Shown in pieces: positions 48,297 through 58,483 of a DNA stretch of 64,000 nt (within the stretch, counting starts at the first letter, position 1; each line of letters starts with the position of its first letter). The translations under genes and the position numbers were made by a program. The notes beneath the pieces are model-generated. The model was not told where the DNA came from. It saw only the letters and a list, made by a program, of their open reading frames with translations, and did not search any database. The stretch spans positions 128,001-192,000 of the forward strand of contig JAEOSZ010000031.1 in the NCBI GenBank assembly GCA_016840095.1, written 5' to 3'. Source of the DNA: Candidatus Heimdallarchaeota archaeon. GTDB taxonomy: Archaea; Asgardarchaeota; Heimdallarchaeia; Heimdallarchaeales; Heimdallarchaeaceae.

Positions 48297-50237
48297 ATGG
48301 CTACTGTAAAAAAGAAGGAAGCAGTTAGTTCTAACAATTTTCATATTGATAAGAACATCGAAATCTTGACAAAATACAAAACATCAAAGCAGTGGTTTTG
48401 GTCAGGTTTTACAAGGTTTCCTTTGAGATATCTATTAGCAACTATCTTCCTTGGTATTAGTACATTTTCAACTACTAAGACTTTAGCTCTTGTTGGAGAT
48501 GTTCTGGGTATTATTCAAAGAAATCTATCTACTAGGTTGACTGATTTCCTAAGTTCAAATGTTGAGGGTTTAACTTCAATTTCAGTTGTTAGTAGTGAAG
48601 TAACTATGTTTACACCAGATTTTGTTAAAGCTATTATTTGGATGATTGTTTATGTGATAATAGCATGGGTTACCCTTAGTGCCAACATAGCTATATGGAC
48701 TGATACATCGTTCCAAGTACAGAGAGATATGAGACAAGAATTTTACGAGGTCATACAAGAACATTCTATGGCTTTCTTTGATGTTAATGATTCTGGAGTT
48801 ATTCTTTCTATGGGAATGAATGAAATAAATCAAGTGAGAATGGCCTACAGTCCTGCTATAAGAAATCTGTTAGGTTCAGTGATGACCATTGTAATCTCTA
48901 CTGCTCTCCTTTGGACGTATGACTGGATAATTGGAGTTGTATTCCTAGCATCCTTCATAATTTATCTGATTGTTGCCTGGTTATATGCTGCAAAGGTTGC
49001 ACCAATTCGTAGAAAATTAGCAACAGATCTGGGAGAACTATCATCTATATCACAAGAGATGTTCAAAGGAGTTGATGTTGTAAGAGCTTTTGATAATCAT
49101 AGTAAGGAAATTAACAAGTTCAACAAGGTGAGTTTGGAATATGCTGATGATATGAGAAGAGAAGGATATCTTAGTGCCTTTTACTGGCCAGCAGTAATCT
49201 CAATAGTAGTAAGTGCTGGAGCTTTCGCATTTGGAATGTATAGTGTAATTGTTGGTCGTTATACCGGTGTTATAGCTATCGGAACACTTCTTTCAATTAT
49301 GTCTTTATTACTCAATCTAAATAGACAGAATTTTATGATTCCACAGAGATTGATAATGCTTCAAGCAGGCTTACAGAATTCTGAAAGACTTTGGAAGTTA
49401 ATGGATTTTGAGGATCCTTTAGTTCAACCTTCAGAACCAATTGAAGGAAAATGGGATAAAGCTGTTGTTTTTGAAGATGTAAATTTTGCCTATCCTGGGA
49501 CAGAAAAGCTCGTTCTGAAGAACGTAAGCTTCTCTATTCCAGCTGGAGCCAGAGTTGCACTGATAGGAGGACCTGGTTCTGGTAAATCAACGATTTTGAA
49601 GTTGCTCCTTCGTCTTTATGACCCTAATACTGGGAGTATCAATATTGATGGTTCAAATATAAGAAGCATGCATACAAGTTATGTAAGAGAAAATGTTACA
49701 ATGGTAGAACAAGATATCTTCTTATTTTCAGATACAATTAGAGCAAACATAGCTTTTGCAAATCCTAATGCAACAGATGAAGAGATTAGGATTGCCGCTG
49801 AACGAGCACAAATTGCCCAATTTATTAGTTCTTTGCCAGATGGATATGAAACTATAATCGGAGAAAGAGGAGTAACTCTTTCTGGTGGACAGAGACAAAG
49901 AATTGCTATTGCAAGAGCTTTACTATCCAATCCAAATCTGTTACTTCTAGATGATAGTACAAGTGCTGTTGATATTAAAACTGAGCTAAGATTAAGATAC
50001 GCTATGGATGAACTAATGAAAGATAGAACTAGTATAGTTGTTACACAAAGATTGACAACTCTTGTTGCAGCAGATCTGATAATTCTTATGAGAAGAGGAG
50101 AAGTAATTGACATAGGTAATCATATAGAGTTAATTCAAAGGTGTCCTGATTACCAATTCATGTGTCAACATCTTCCAATTGCAAATGGAGATAATATTTG
50201 TTCGGATTCAGTTTCTAGTGAAGGAGGGAAAAACTGA
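48297..50237 (+). CDS. Heterodimeric ABC exporter subunit A (MdlA/TM287-like; degenerate Walker B and switch)
   Basis: 6 TMs; GPGSGKST, LSGGQRQR, LLLLDD (E>D), TQR (H>Q). Confidence 0.92.
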   Translation: MATVKKKEAVSSNNFHIDKNIEILTKYKTSKQWFWSGFTRFPLRYLLATIFLGISTFSTTKTLALVGDVLGIIQRNLSTRLTDFLSSNVEGLTSISVVSSEVTMFTPDFVKAIIWMIVYVIIAWVTLSANIAIWTDTSFQVQRDMRQEFYEVIQEHSMAFFDVNDSGVILSMGMNEINQVRMAYSPAIRNLLGSVMTIVISTALLWTYDWIIGVVFLASFIIYLIVAWLYAAKVAPIRRKLATDLGELSSISQEMFKGVDVVRAFDNHSKEINKFNKVSLEYADDMRREGYLSAFYWPAVISIVVSAGAFAFGMYSVIVGRYTGVIAIGTLLSIMSLLLNLNRQNFMIPQRLIMLQAGLQNSERLWKLMDFEDPLVQPSEPIEGKWDKAVVFEDVNFAYPGTEKLVLKNVSFSIPAGARVALIGGPGSGKSTILKLLLRLYDPNTGSINIDGSNIRSMHTSYVRENVTMVEQDIFLFSDTIRANIAFANPNATDEEIRIAAERAQIAQFISSLPDGYETIIGERGVTLSGGQRQRIAIARALLSNPNLLLLDDSTSAVDIKTELRLRYAMDELMKDRTSIVVTQRLTTLVAADLIILMRRGEVIDIGNHIELIQRCPDYQFMCQHLPIANGDNICSDSVSSEGGKN

Positions 50238-52330
50238 TGAGTCACAGACCACCACGAGGTCCAGGAAGAGCTTTCGCTCAAGATAAATATGATAGATCTA
50301 GATCTACAAAAGTGCTCTTAAGTAATTTATGGGTTTACATTCGAAGACATATTAAACCTATCATATTGGTTGCATCAGTCTCCATAATATACTCAATTTT
50401 AACTGTAGTAAACCCAATAATAATCGGAAGTGGAATAAATGTTCTGACTGAGACTCCAAATGCTACAAGCATCCTCATTATACTTACAATTTCCTTCTTC
50501 CTACTAACATTACTTGGATGGATACTCAGTTCTATTTCCACTAGAATACAAGCTAAAATGAATGCAAAAATGCTTCATGAAGTAAGAGCTGATCTGTATG
50601 AGAAACTCAGTTATTCAGATATGTCTTATCTAAAAAATGAACAATCTGGAAACATTACAGCTCGAGTTACAGCTGATACTGGAGAGTTAGCAACTGGATT
50701 ACAATTATCTACTTCAATTGTATCGCAGTTTTTAGTAATTATAGGTGCATTTGTATGGCTTCTAGTTACAAATTGGATAATTGGTTTAATAGCTTTAGCA
50801 GCAGTTCCAGTTGCTTTAATAATGGCGAGAATTTTAAGCTTCTTTGCAAGAAAAATAGTTCTGAGGGTTAGAAGAGCATTTGGTTTTGTTTCTGGAAAGA
50901 TGGCCGAAGGTTTAGAGGGTATAGCTGTAGCTAAATCATTCAATAGAGAAGGAGAGTTGGCAGTTGAATTACGGGAATTGAATCACAAACACTACAAATA
51001 TTCAAGACAATTTGGATTCTTGATGATGTTTATGCATCCAACAATGACTGCTTTAAGTTATGGGTTATTCATAGCAATAATCTATGCAAGTGGTTGGATA
51101 AACCAATCTTCTGGAATACAACTTGGAGATATCTATACAGCTGTTCAATTATCACAATCTTTCTTATTTCCAATGGTAATGTTATCTATGATGTTTCCTC
51201 AACTTGAGTCTGCTTTAGGAGCGATGGACAGAATAATAGACATTTTTGAGGCTAAACCTGCTGTTGCAGATAAAGCTGATGCAGAAGATTTACAAATAAC
51301 TGATGATGCAGTTCATTTTGAAAATATTAGCTTTGCTTATGTCGATGGTATCTACGTTTTGGAGGACATTTCCTTCACTGCTAATGCAGGAGAAATGATA
51401 GCTTGCGTAGGACATACAGGAGCAGGAAAAACGACACTGTTTTCATCACTCTTAACTCGATTCTATGATGTTAACGAAGGTTCGATCAAAATAGGTTCTC
51501 AGGACATAAGAGATGTTAAACAATCCTCATTAAGGGAAGCTATTGGATTAGTGACCCAAGAACCATTTCTTTTCAATGGCTCTGTAATGGAGAACATACT
51601 CTATGGATCACCAAATGCTACTAGAGAAGATGTATATAAGATTAGTAAAAGAATTAATGCTGATGTGTTCATTGAAGCTTTACCACAAGGATATGATACA
51701 ATTGTAGTGGAAGGTGGAAAGAAATTATCAGCTGGTCAAAGACAAATTATAACTGTAGCTCGAACAATGCTAGCCGATCCTAGAATACTTGTTCTAGATG
51801 AAGCAACAAGTAGATTGGATGCGTATACTGAATCACTTATTCAAGCTGCACAAAAAGAACTGTTCAAAGGTAGAACTACTTTTGTTATAGCTCACAGACT
51901 TTCGACAATTAAGGATGCAGATAGAATAGTTGTATTTGAAAAAGGAAAACTAATGGAAATTGGTACTCATAGTGATTTGATGAAAATAGATGGTATCTAT
52001 GCGGATCTTTACAATACTTATTATGTACATCAAGGACTTGAAGAAATAGAACTCTCTGTTGATGAATTAGAACCTGAAACACTAGATGAAGATCTTCAGA
52101 AACCAATGGCTGTACCTACCGGAATGTCTGCAGCTATGCCTGGACATGATAGTTCTCAGAAAGTGAAAGTAGAAACAAAATCTGGTAGCAAGCCTGATAA
52201 GAAGCGGATGAAGAAACATCTACAAGAGCTAAAAAAAGCTGGTAATAAAGAAGAAGTAAAGAAAATGAAAAAGATGATGAAAATGCACAAACGCAATGGT
52301 GGAGAAATGGGTGGAATGAGCCATCCATAA
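50237..52330 (+). CDS. Heterodimeric ABC exporter subunit B (MdlB/TM288-like) with Met/Lys-rich C-terminal tail
   Basis: GHTGAGKTT, LSAGQRQ, LVLDEAT, AHRL; TGA/ATG overlap with subunit A. Confidence 0.92.
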   Translation: MSHRPPRGPGRAFAQDKYDRSRSTKVLLSNLWVYIRRHIKPIILVASVSIIYSILTVVNPIIIGSGINVLTETPNATSILIILTISFFLLTLLGWILSSISTRIQAKMNAKMLHEVRADLYEKLSYSDMSYLKNEQSGNITARVTADTGELATGLQLSTSIVSQFLVIIGAFVWLLVTNWIIGLIALAAVPVALIMARILSFFARKIVLRVRRAFGFVSGKMAEGLEGIAVAKSFNREGELAVELRELNHKHYKYSRQFGFLMMFMHPTMTALSYGLFIAIIYASGWINQSSGIQLGDIYTAVQLSQSFLFPMVMLSMMFPQLESALGAMDRIIDIFEAKPAVADKADAEDLQITDDAVHFENISFAYVDGIYVLEDISFTANAGEMIACVGHTGAGKTTLFSSLLTRFYDVNEGSIKIGSQDIRDVKQSSLREAIGLVTQEPFLFNGSVMENILYGSPNATREDVYKISKRINADVFIEALPQGYDTIVVEGGKKLSAGQRQIITVARTMLADPRILVLDEATSRLDAYTESLIQAAQKELFKGRTTFVIAHRLSTIKDADRIVVFEKGKLMEIGTHSDLMKIDGIYADLYNTYYVHQGLEEIELSVDELEPETLDEDLQKPMAVPTGMSAAMPGHDSSQKVKVETKSGSKPDKKRMKKHLQELKKAGNKEEVKKMKKMMKMHKRNGGEMGGMSHP

Positions 52331-52331
52331 T

Positions 52332-53351
52332 CTACATTTTTTCTTCTCTTATTTTCTGGGTTGCATCAGCCAAACTTAATAAGCTTAAGATTGCAGAATC
52401 TTCATTTTTAGCAATTGGTTTTTCGAGACTTCTAAGAAATTCCGAAAGAGCATAGAATAAATTAAGTCCTTCTGATGAATTTAGAGATAGATTTCTTTTG
52501 TTGAGATAAGTCTTCCACATCATTCTTCTGAATTCATTAAAATTCTTCCTCCACTCCCAAATACCATATCCCCACTCGAAGAAATTAAACTCCCAAACTG
52601 GGTTACCTATCCTTGCTGTTTCCCAATCAAGAATCCCAGTTATCTCCATATCTTCCTCAGATGCAACAATAATTTGATCTTCATGTATGTCGCTGTGGAG
52701 GAAAACTGGGTTCAAATTAACAATTTCTTCTAAACATTCTATCCATAAGAAAACAGTATCTTCAGAAAGAAGTTCTTTACCAATAATTGGATCTTGTTTA
52801 CTCAAGAAATCCTCTAGAATATTGTAGCTGACTAAAATTGATTTTTTCATGGTTTTATGGTCTAGAATTTTAATCTCCCACTCATATTTGCTTGGATCAA
52901 ATATCTCCCTTTCCTTTATTTTCTGAGGAATTTGCTCAAGAGGTATATCGTGCCATAGAGCAAAGACTTCAGCTAAATTGTTTAATACTTTTGTTACATT
53001 AGCTACAGGAATACCTTGCTCAATTTTAGAATAAGCAATTCCCTTCAATTTAGAAGCAACAGCAAATTCATAGTAGGAAATTGCTGGATCTTCGACTCTT
53101 TTTATGAGATTTGGAGCTGGTATATTGTGTTCTTCGTTTAAAATTTCGTAAGCTAGCATTTCTATTTCTAACCATTCAACTCCCCTTGGATCTCGAGGGA
53201 ATAGAAAAACTCTATCTTCAGATTCAAGAACTAGTTTTCGCCATCCATCAAAATTGGCTTTAACCTCTTCAGGTTTGAGTTTCAGTTTATCGCAAAATCT
53301 CTCAAACTGCTCATAGTTAAGGACTCCAAACACTGAGCTATCTATCTTCAT
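52332..53351 (-). CDS. Aminoglycoside phosphotransferase (APH) family protein
   Basis: VFLFPR, HSDIHEDQI, GILDWE...GNP..EF. Confidence 0.85.
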   Translation of the reverse strand: MKIDSSVFGVLNYEQFERFCDKLKLKPEEVKANFDGWRKLVLESEDRVFLFPRDPRGVEWLEIEMLAYEILNEEHNIPAPNLIKRVEDPAISYYEFAVASKLKGIAYSKIEQGIPVANVTKVLNNLAEVFALWHDIPLEQIPQKIKEREIFDPSKYEWEIKILDHKTMKKSILVSYNILEDFLSKQDPIIGKELLSEDTVFLWIECLEEIVNLNPVFLHSDIHEDQIIVASEEDMEITGILDWETARIGNPVWEFNFFEWGYGIWEWRKNFNEFRRMMWKTYLNKRNLSLNSSEGLNLFYALSEFLRSLEKPIAKNEDSAILSLLSLADATQKIREEKM

Positions 53352-53451
53352 AGTTTTAACTATTAAATTGCAATTAAAACAGTTTCTCTCAACTGATATG
53401 TTTCTGGTTTCTTCGATAGATTTATTATCGTCTCTAATACCTATTTGACTA

Positions 53452-54060
53452 ATGAGTGAAGAATCTAATCAGGAAATTCAAGCTGAAGAAGTAGATGAAG
53501 TCAGTGAGGAAATCAAAAAGATGAATAGATCTTGGATTAGAAATCCTTACATTGTTGTAGCTAGCTTGATACTTGGACCAGCAACATTTGTTGGAGCTTT
53601 TTTCATCGATTTTTATTCAGTGTGGCAATCCGTAGTACAAACAATTGTATTCATAATTTCCGCAGGATTTTTCGTTATACTGTTCTCATATGGATTTAAT
53701 CATCTATGGCTCTATGCCTTGAAAAGAAGGACTAACAGAGATTATATCAGTCTGGCATCAATTCAGTTAGGTATAGCTATTCCACTAATTATTAATGCTG
53801 TTAAAATAATTCCATACATTGCAGCAGAAAAATCAGAGGATTCTTCCATCTTTCTAATATTAACTATTGTTTATTTTGTAGTAGTAGGAATTTTAATGCT
53901 TACTCTATATGCGACCGTAAGAAAGATAAAACAACCAATAGATTTTAACGACTATATTACTTTCACAATAGCAATTGTACTAGGAGTGATTTTTGCTCTA
54001 GCTACATATTATGGTGCATTATATTTAGATTTATTCTCCTTCAATCATGTATTTGGATGA
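53452..54060 (+). CDS. Hypothetical 5-TM membrane protein
   Basis: Acidic N-terminus followed by five hydrophobic segments. Confidence 0.75.
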   Translation: MSEESNQEIQAEEVDEVSEEIKKMNRSWIRNPYIVVASLILGPATFVGAFFIDFYSVWQSVVQTIVFIISAGFFVILFSYGFNHLWLYALKRRTNRDYISLASIQLGIAIPLIINAVKIIPYIAAEKSEDSSIFLILTIVYFVVVGILMLTLYATVRKIKQPIDFNDYITFTIAIVLGVIFALATYYGALYLDLFSFNHVFG

Positions 54061-54171
54061 GAAAATTTTTTCAAATAATAAGGAATTGTGTTTAGAAATA
54101 CACAAGCAGTTTTTTTAAAGTTTAATCCTTTATTAGATTAAATTTATATCATAAGAAGGTGAACAAAGGTC

Positions 54172-57100
54172 ATGAAAAAAAGATTCTCTAAGGGAGTTGT
54201 GTTTTCTTTAGTCATAATTTTGGTTTTTGTTTCTTTATCCGCTCTACATCCCAATGTGCATGCAGATGAAGCAACAAACAAGGATATGATGTTTTTCAAA
54301 GATTCAAGAGATATAGGATATATCAGAACAGAAACATTTCTTGATAGCAATAATCATTCCCATTTCTTCATACAAATTAATTTTCATAATGGAACATTTG
54401 TCATCTTCCATATCCTTCAAAATACTGTCATTGAAGTTGACAGAGACTATTATTCAATGGATTTGTTTGATGTAAGAGAACTCAATGGAACAATCTATTT
54501 ATTTTACAGTTTCATGGGGCAGATATACAACACTGTCGTGAAAGTATATTCCTGGAATAATGGTGTTCCAGATAGGACCACTTTATACTTCACACATGAA
54601 TATTATTATAATTTAGACGTTTTTATGGATAATATTAGTTATCATCTCGTGGTAGCTGATTCTGAGTTTGATGAAACTGATATTACTCACATCAGAATAT
54701 TTGAGAATGGAACTGAGATAGTTAAGTACCATACTCTTCCCTTTATGATCTATGACCTTAGAGAAATTCTTTTTGTGGATAATCAACTATTTACCTTTTT
54801 TGAAATTAGTAACTTCAATTCTTCAGTGTATAATACTAATATGATTCTTGTTGGAATCACAGATTCAGGATATTACAATTCTTCAGTACTTCAACTTCCT
54901 GAAAGATGGTACAATCCACAAATATTCGTAACTGAAAATGGACAATTTTATCTAATTATAAATGAAGATAATAAACTCTCAACACTTAGTTTTGGAATAA
55001 ACGAAACCATTTCTTTAAGTTCATTTCACTATATATATCTTGATGATTATTATTGGGGAGATTTCAATGTTTTTCTTTATGAAAATGTCACTTATATCTC
55101 TTACAATGAATATGATATCTATTATCTAGATTATCGACCAGACAGGAACTTGGATAATATACAGAAAACTCTTTCTGTAATTAGAGATAATAATGCTACA
55201 CTACAGAAAAGTGAAATTAAACTAGATGAATATAGCAGAACTTATCCTTTTGTCTCTTTAAGTTATTATATCTGTGAAAATGGTTCTTACATAGTACACT
55301 ACTTCTCCAAAGTAGAATCAAAAGAACTAGAAGGATACAATTTTATCGATAAATATGTTTATTCTCTGAAAATTGCAACAGACTTAGATATTGAAATACC
55401 AGAAGAAGCAATTCTATTTAACCTTAAGAGTTATTCAGCATTTGCATATTTCTGGATCAGATTTTGGGCAGCATTTGTAGTTCCAATTGTCTCACTAGGG
55501 ATGCTATATGTAATTTTTAGAAAGAGTATTAATAGGTCAATTAAAAAAATGGTTAAATTCCTTACAAGACCTATAATTCCTAATTTAGATAAGTGGAAAC
55601 TAGTTTTTATCAATTTATGGTTGTTCATTAAAAATGCTTCAAATCTGGTTTTCACTTTATGGAAAGCAAACAAAAAGAGATTATTAATCAGTTTGCTAGG
55701 ACTGACAATTCTAGCATCTATAATAGTCACAAGTACTACTCTGTTTGATTCAAAGAGAAGTTCTTTGATAATTCAGTATGTTGAATCTGCTGATCCTGGA
55801 CATGATTATTTTCTATCTTTAGAATATAGAATAAACCTTGCTGAAGGAAATGAAGCTGCTCTGAATTATGTAAATGAAAACTACACTGCAATGGCAATGA
55901 GTGCAATTATGAACAAAATAACTAGTTCAACAGCTTTATACTCATCACTGATTAGTGATTATTTTTATTCCCTTAAATCTGCACTAATTACGTACAATAT
56001 TTCTTGGGGAATTAATGATCACTCGTCTGTAGATTATTTTGGGTTTCAGCAAAATTACAGCAAAGTATTTGAACAGATTTTGCATGAGGGCAGATTACCA
56101 AACAATACCAATGAAATAATGATTACTTCTTACGACTCAGCTTATTATGGTATAGAAATTAATGATACAATTTTAGTGAACGTAACTACAGAAGCAAGTT
56201 TTGTAGAATATCCAGTGATGAATTTAACAGTAACAGGAACATACTCACAACCACCTCGATCGCTAATAGAATCCCTATGTGAAGAATATAATCTACCTTC
56301 TGATCCTCTTAAGTCTTTGTTAAACTATTACAATATACCATTAATCACATTTGAACCATATTATTTAGAAAATTTTCAGAATATCTCAATATATGATTTC
56401 TTTCTCACAGGAGGTGTACAATTTGAGTATGACTTTAGCCAATTTAATCCACAAGATCTCTCAGTATTGATTGAAGAATTGACTTCACTTAAGGAAGACG
56501 GACCTTTTCCATTTGTATTTCAAGAAAATAGTTATTGGTACATTTTGCCTGAACTAGAGTATATTTTTGAAGATATAGGATTTGAAATGCAAACAACGCA
56601 GTTTTTGATTATTTTCTTATCGATACCTATACTCTATCTTGCTCTGTTTCTAACATTCGAAGTTAATGAAATATTCAGTACAAGTTTTGAGCAAGAAATC
56701 AGGATTCTAAGTTCAAAAGGAGTATCAACGGGAATGATTACCTTCATCTATTCTTCAATGAAATTCTTTGAATCATTAGTAGCTACATTTCTAGGATTTG
56801 GAGTGAATATTCTCGTACTCCCAGCTTTGCTAAAGATAAATAAATTTTTGACTTTTGATAATCCACTATTCTCTCTCAATCTTGCTAGTTTACCCACAGC
56901 AATGGGGTCAACTTTTCTACTTTTAGTAATTATATCAGTTCCAAGAATTATAAAAATCTCCAAAACAAAAAAGAAAGTGGAGAAACCTCCAAAACAATTC
57001 ATACAATTAATTAAGAACATTCGACTTCATTATATTCTAACAATGGGATTTGGAGTTGGACTTACTTTCTTGTCATTTTATCTGTTTCAAATGATTGCAT

Positions 57101-58476
57101 TTGATGGTGGGACTATGGCTAATTCAGCAATATTAGTTATATTCATCTATCTGATGGGAATTGGGGTAATGATAGCTCTTCTAGGATTCGGATTATTATT
57201 GCGTGAAATACATAAAATAATAATGATTGCGATTAGTAAAACTGCTTGGGCTATTAGAAAAAATCTCTTCTCTTTTTCACTAGTTGAAATCAGATCAGAT
57301 ATAAAATTGTTCAATAACACTTTTCTGACTTATCTAATTCTAGTAAGTTTAGTCATACCTTTTGCAGTTTCACCTATGCTGATTCAAGAGAAATCCCAAA
57401 CTGAAGCTTATTTCTATGGTGGGAGTGATATCTATGTAACTAATTGGGATGAATATAATGCTTCTCTAGCAACTGATATTCTTGCTTATCCAGAGATTGT
57501 TTCAGTAACAAATGTATCTCAAATATATGGAGACTATCATTGGAATAATTTTGAGATTTATCTGCTTAATGATTCTGAAGATTTTCTTGCTACGTCATAT
57601 AAACCAAAGAAAAATATCTTTGAAAATTGGGATACTAATATAGAGCAATTGAATAATTCTCAAAGCATGTTGGTGTCAGAATCATTTAAGGAATATTTAG
57701 CAGGTGGAGAGGATGTGTATTATTTCATAAGAGAAGGTACACCAAATGATACGCTGATAGAATTCAGTTTAATATCTTCATTTGATTATTTTCCAGTAGT
57801 TTATGATGATGGACCTGTAGATCCTACAGATCCATATTATTCTCCAACTGGATTTGCATTAGTAATGACTTTAGATAATTACATGCTAATAGCTGATTTA
57901 GTGGAGATATCTTCAATGTCTTTTGAGCGATTGTTAATTAACATAAGAGATGATGTAGATCCAGAAGTTATCACAACTAAACTCAAAACTGATCTAGGAA
58001 TTGAGGTTCAATCAACTCTTGAAATAGCAGACGAGATATTATTTACGCTGATTCCATTCTATTCAGTATTAGTGGCTGAATTCGTATTTGGTATTTTGAT
58101 ATGTATTGCAGCTGTAGTTTTCACTTCATTGAGCAACCCACTGAAAATTCTACAGCGAAGGATTGTCAAGCATGATATTCTGAAGAAAATAGGTATTCCA
58201 ACAAACAGAATTATCTTTCTCTCTGCATTGGAGTTATTTATGGCTTGTATACTGCCTGGATTAGCTCTTGGAGCAGGTGGGGGATATGGGTTGTTACGGT
58301 TATTCAGTTGGATATTTATCAATCCCCCTTATGCTGATAGTTTACCATTTAATACAATCATACCCTATCATATAGGATTGGTGATTTTTCTGGGAATTCC
58401 TATACTTTTCTATTCAATATTCATTGTATCGATGAGTAGAAATTTCGCAAAATATAGACCTAAAAATTTGGAGTGA
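54172..58476 (+). CDS. Giant double-FtsX/MacB-type ABC permease with an additional N-terminal extracellular domain
   Basis: GRLP....EI, EIRILSSKG, GSDIYV, ILKKIG, two FtsX TM clusters; ~480-aa N-terminal extension. Confidence 0.8.
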   Translation: MKKRFSKGVVFSLVIILVFVSLSALHPNVHADEATNKDMMFFKDSRDIGYIRTETFLDSNNHSHFFIQINFHNGTFVIFHILQNTVIEVDRDYYSMDLFDVRELNGTIYLFYSFMGQIYNTVVKVYSWNNGVPDRTTLYFTHEYYYNLDVFMDNISYHLVVADSEFDETDITHIRIFENGTEIVKYHTLPFMIYDLREILFVDNQLFTFFEISNFNSSVYNTNMILVGITDSGYYNSSVLQLPERWYNPQIFVTENGQFYLIINEDNKLSTLSFGINETISLSSFHYIYLDDYYWGDFNVFLYENVTYISYNEYDIYYLDYRPDRNLDNIQKTLSVIRDNNATLQKSEIKLDEYSRTYPFVSLSYYICENGSYIVHYFSKVESKELEGYNFIDKYVYSLKIATDLDIEIPEEAILFNLKSYSAFAYFWIRFWAAFVVPIVSLGMLYVIFRKSINRSIKKMVKFLTRPIIPNLDKWKLVFINLWLFIKNASNLVFTLWKANKKRLLISLLGLTILASIIVTSTTLFDSKRSSLIIQYVESADPGHDYFLSLEYRINLAEGNEAALNYVNENYTAMAMSAIMNKITSSTALYSSLISDYFYSLKSALITYNISWGINDHSSVDYFGFQQNYSKVFEQILHEGRLPNNTNEIMITSYDSAYYGIEINDTILVNVTTEASFVEYPVMNLTVTGTYSQPPRSLIESLCEEYNLPSDPLKSLLNYYNIPLITFEPYYLENFQNISIYDFFLTGGVQFEYDFSQFNPQDLSVLIEELTSLKEDGPFPFVFQENSYWYILPELEYIFEDIGFEMQTTQFLIIFLSIPILYLALFLTFEVNEIFSTSFEQEIRILSSKGVSTGMITFIYSSMKFFESLVATFLGFGVNILVLPALLKINKFLTFDNPLFSLNLASLPTAMGSTFLLLVIISVPRIIKISKTKKKVEKPPKQFIQLIKNIRLHYILTMGFGVGLTFLSFYLFQMIAFDGGTMANSAILVIFIYLMGIGVMIALLGFGLLLREIHKIIMIAISKTAWAIRKNLFSFSLVEIRSDIKLFNNTFLTYLILVSLVIPFAVSPMLIQEKSQTEAYFYGGSDIYVTNWDEYNASLATDILAYPEIVSVTNVSQIYGDYHWNNFEIYLLNDSEDFLATSYKPKKNIFENWDTNIEQLNNSQSMLVSESFKEYLAGGEDVYYFIREGTPNDTLIEFSLISSFDYFPVVYDDGPVDPTDPYYSPTGFALVMTLDNYMLIADLVEISSMSFERLLINIRDDVDPEVITTKLKTDLGIEVQSTLEIADEILFTLIPFYSVLVAEFVFGILICIAAVVFTSLSNPLKILQRRIVKHDILKKIGIPTNRIIFLSALELFMACILPGLALGAGGGYGLLRLFSWIFINPPYADSLPFNTIIPYHIGLVIFLGIPILFYSIFIVSMSRNFAKYRPKNLE

Positions 58477-58483
58477 TGAAGAA

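Noticed and set aside
14334-53351. APH genes as bona fide antibiotic-resistance determinants
   Set aside because: Only the generic kinase-like motifs are visible; substrate cannot be inferred
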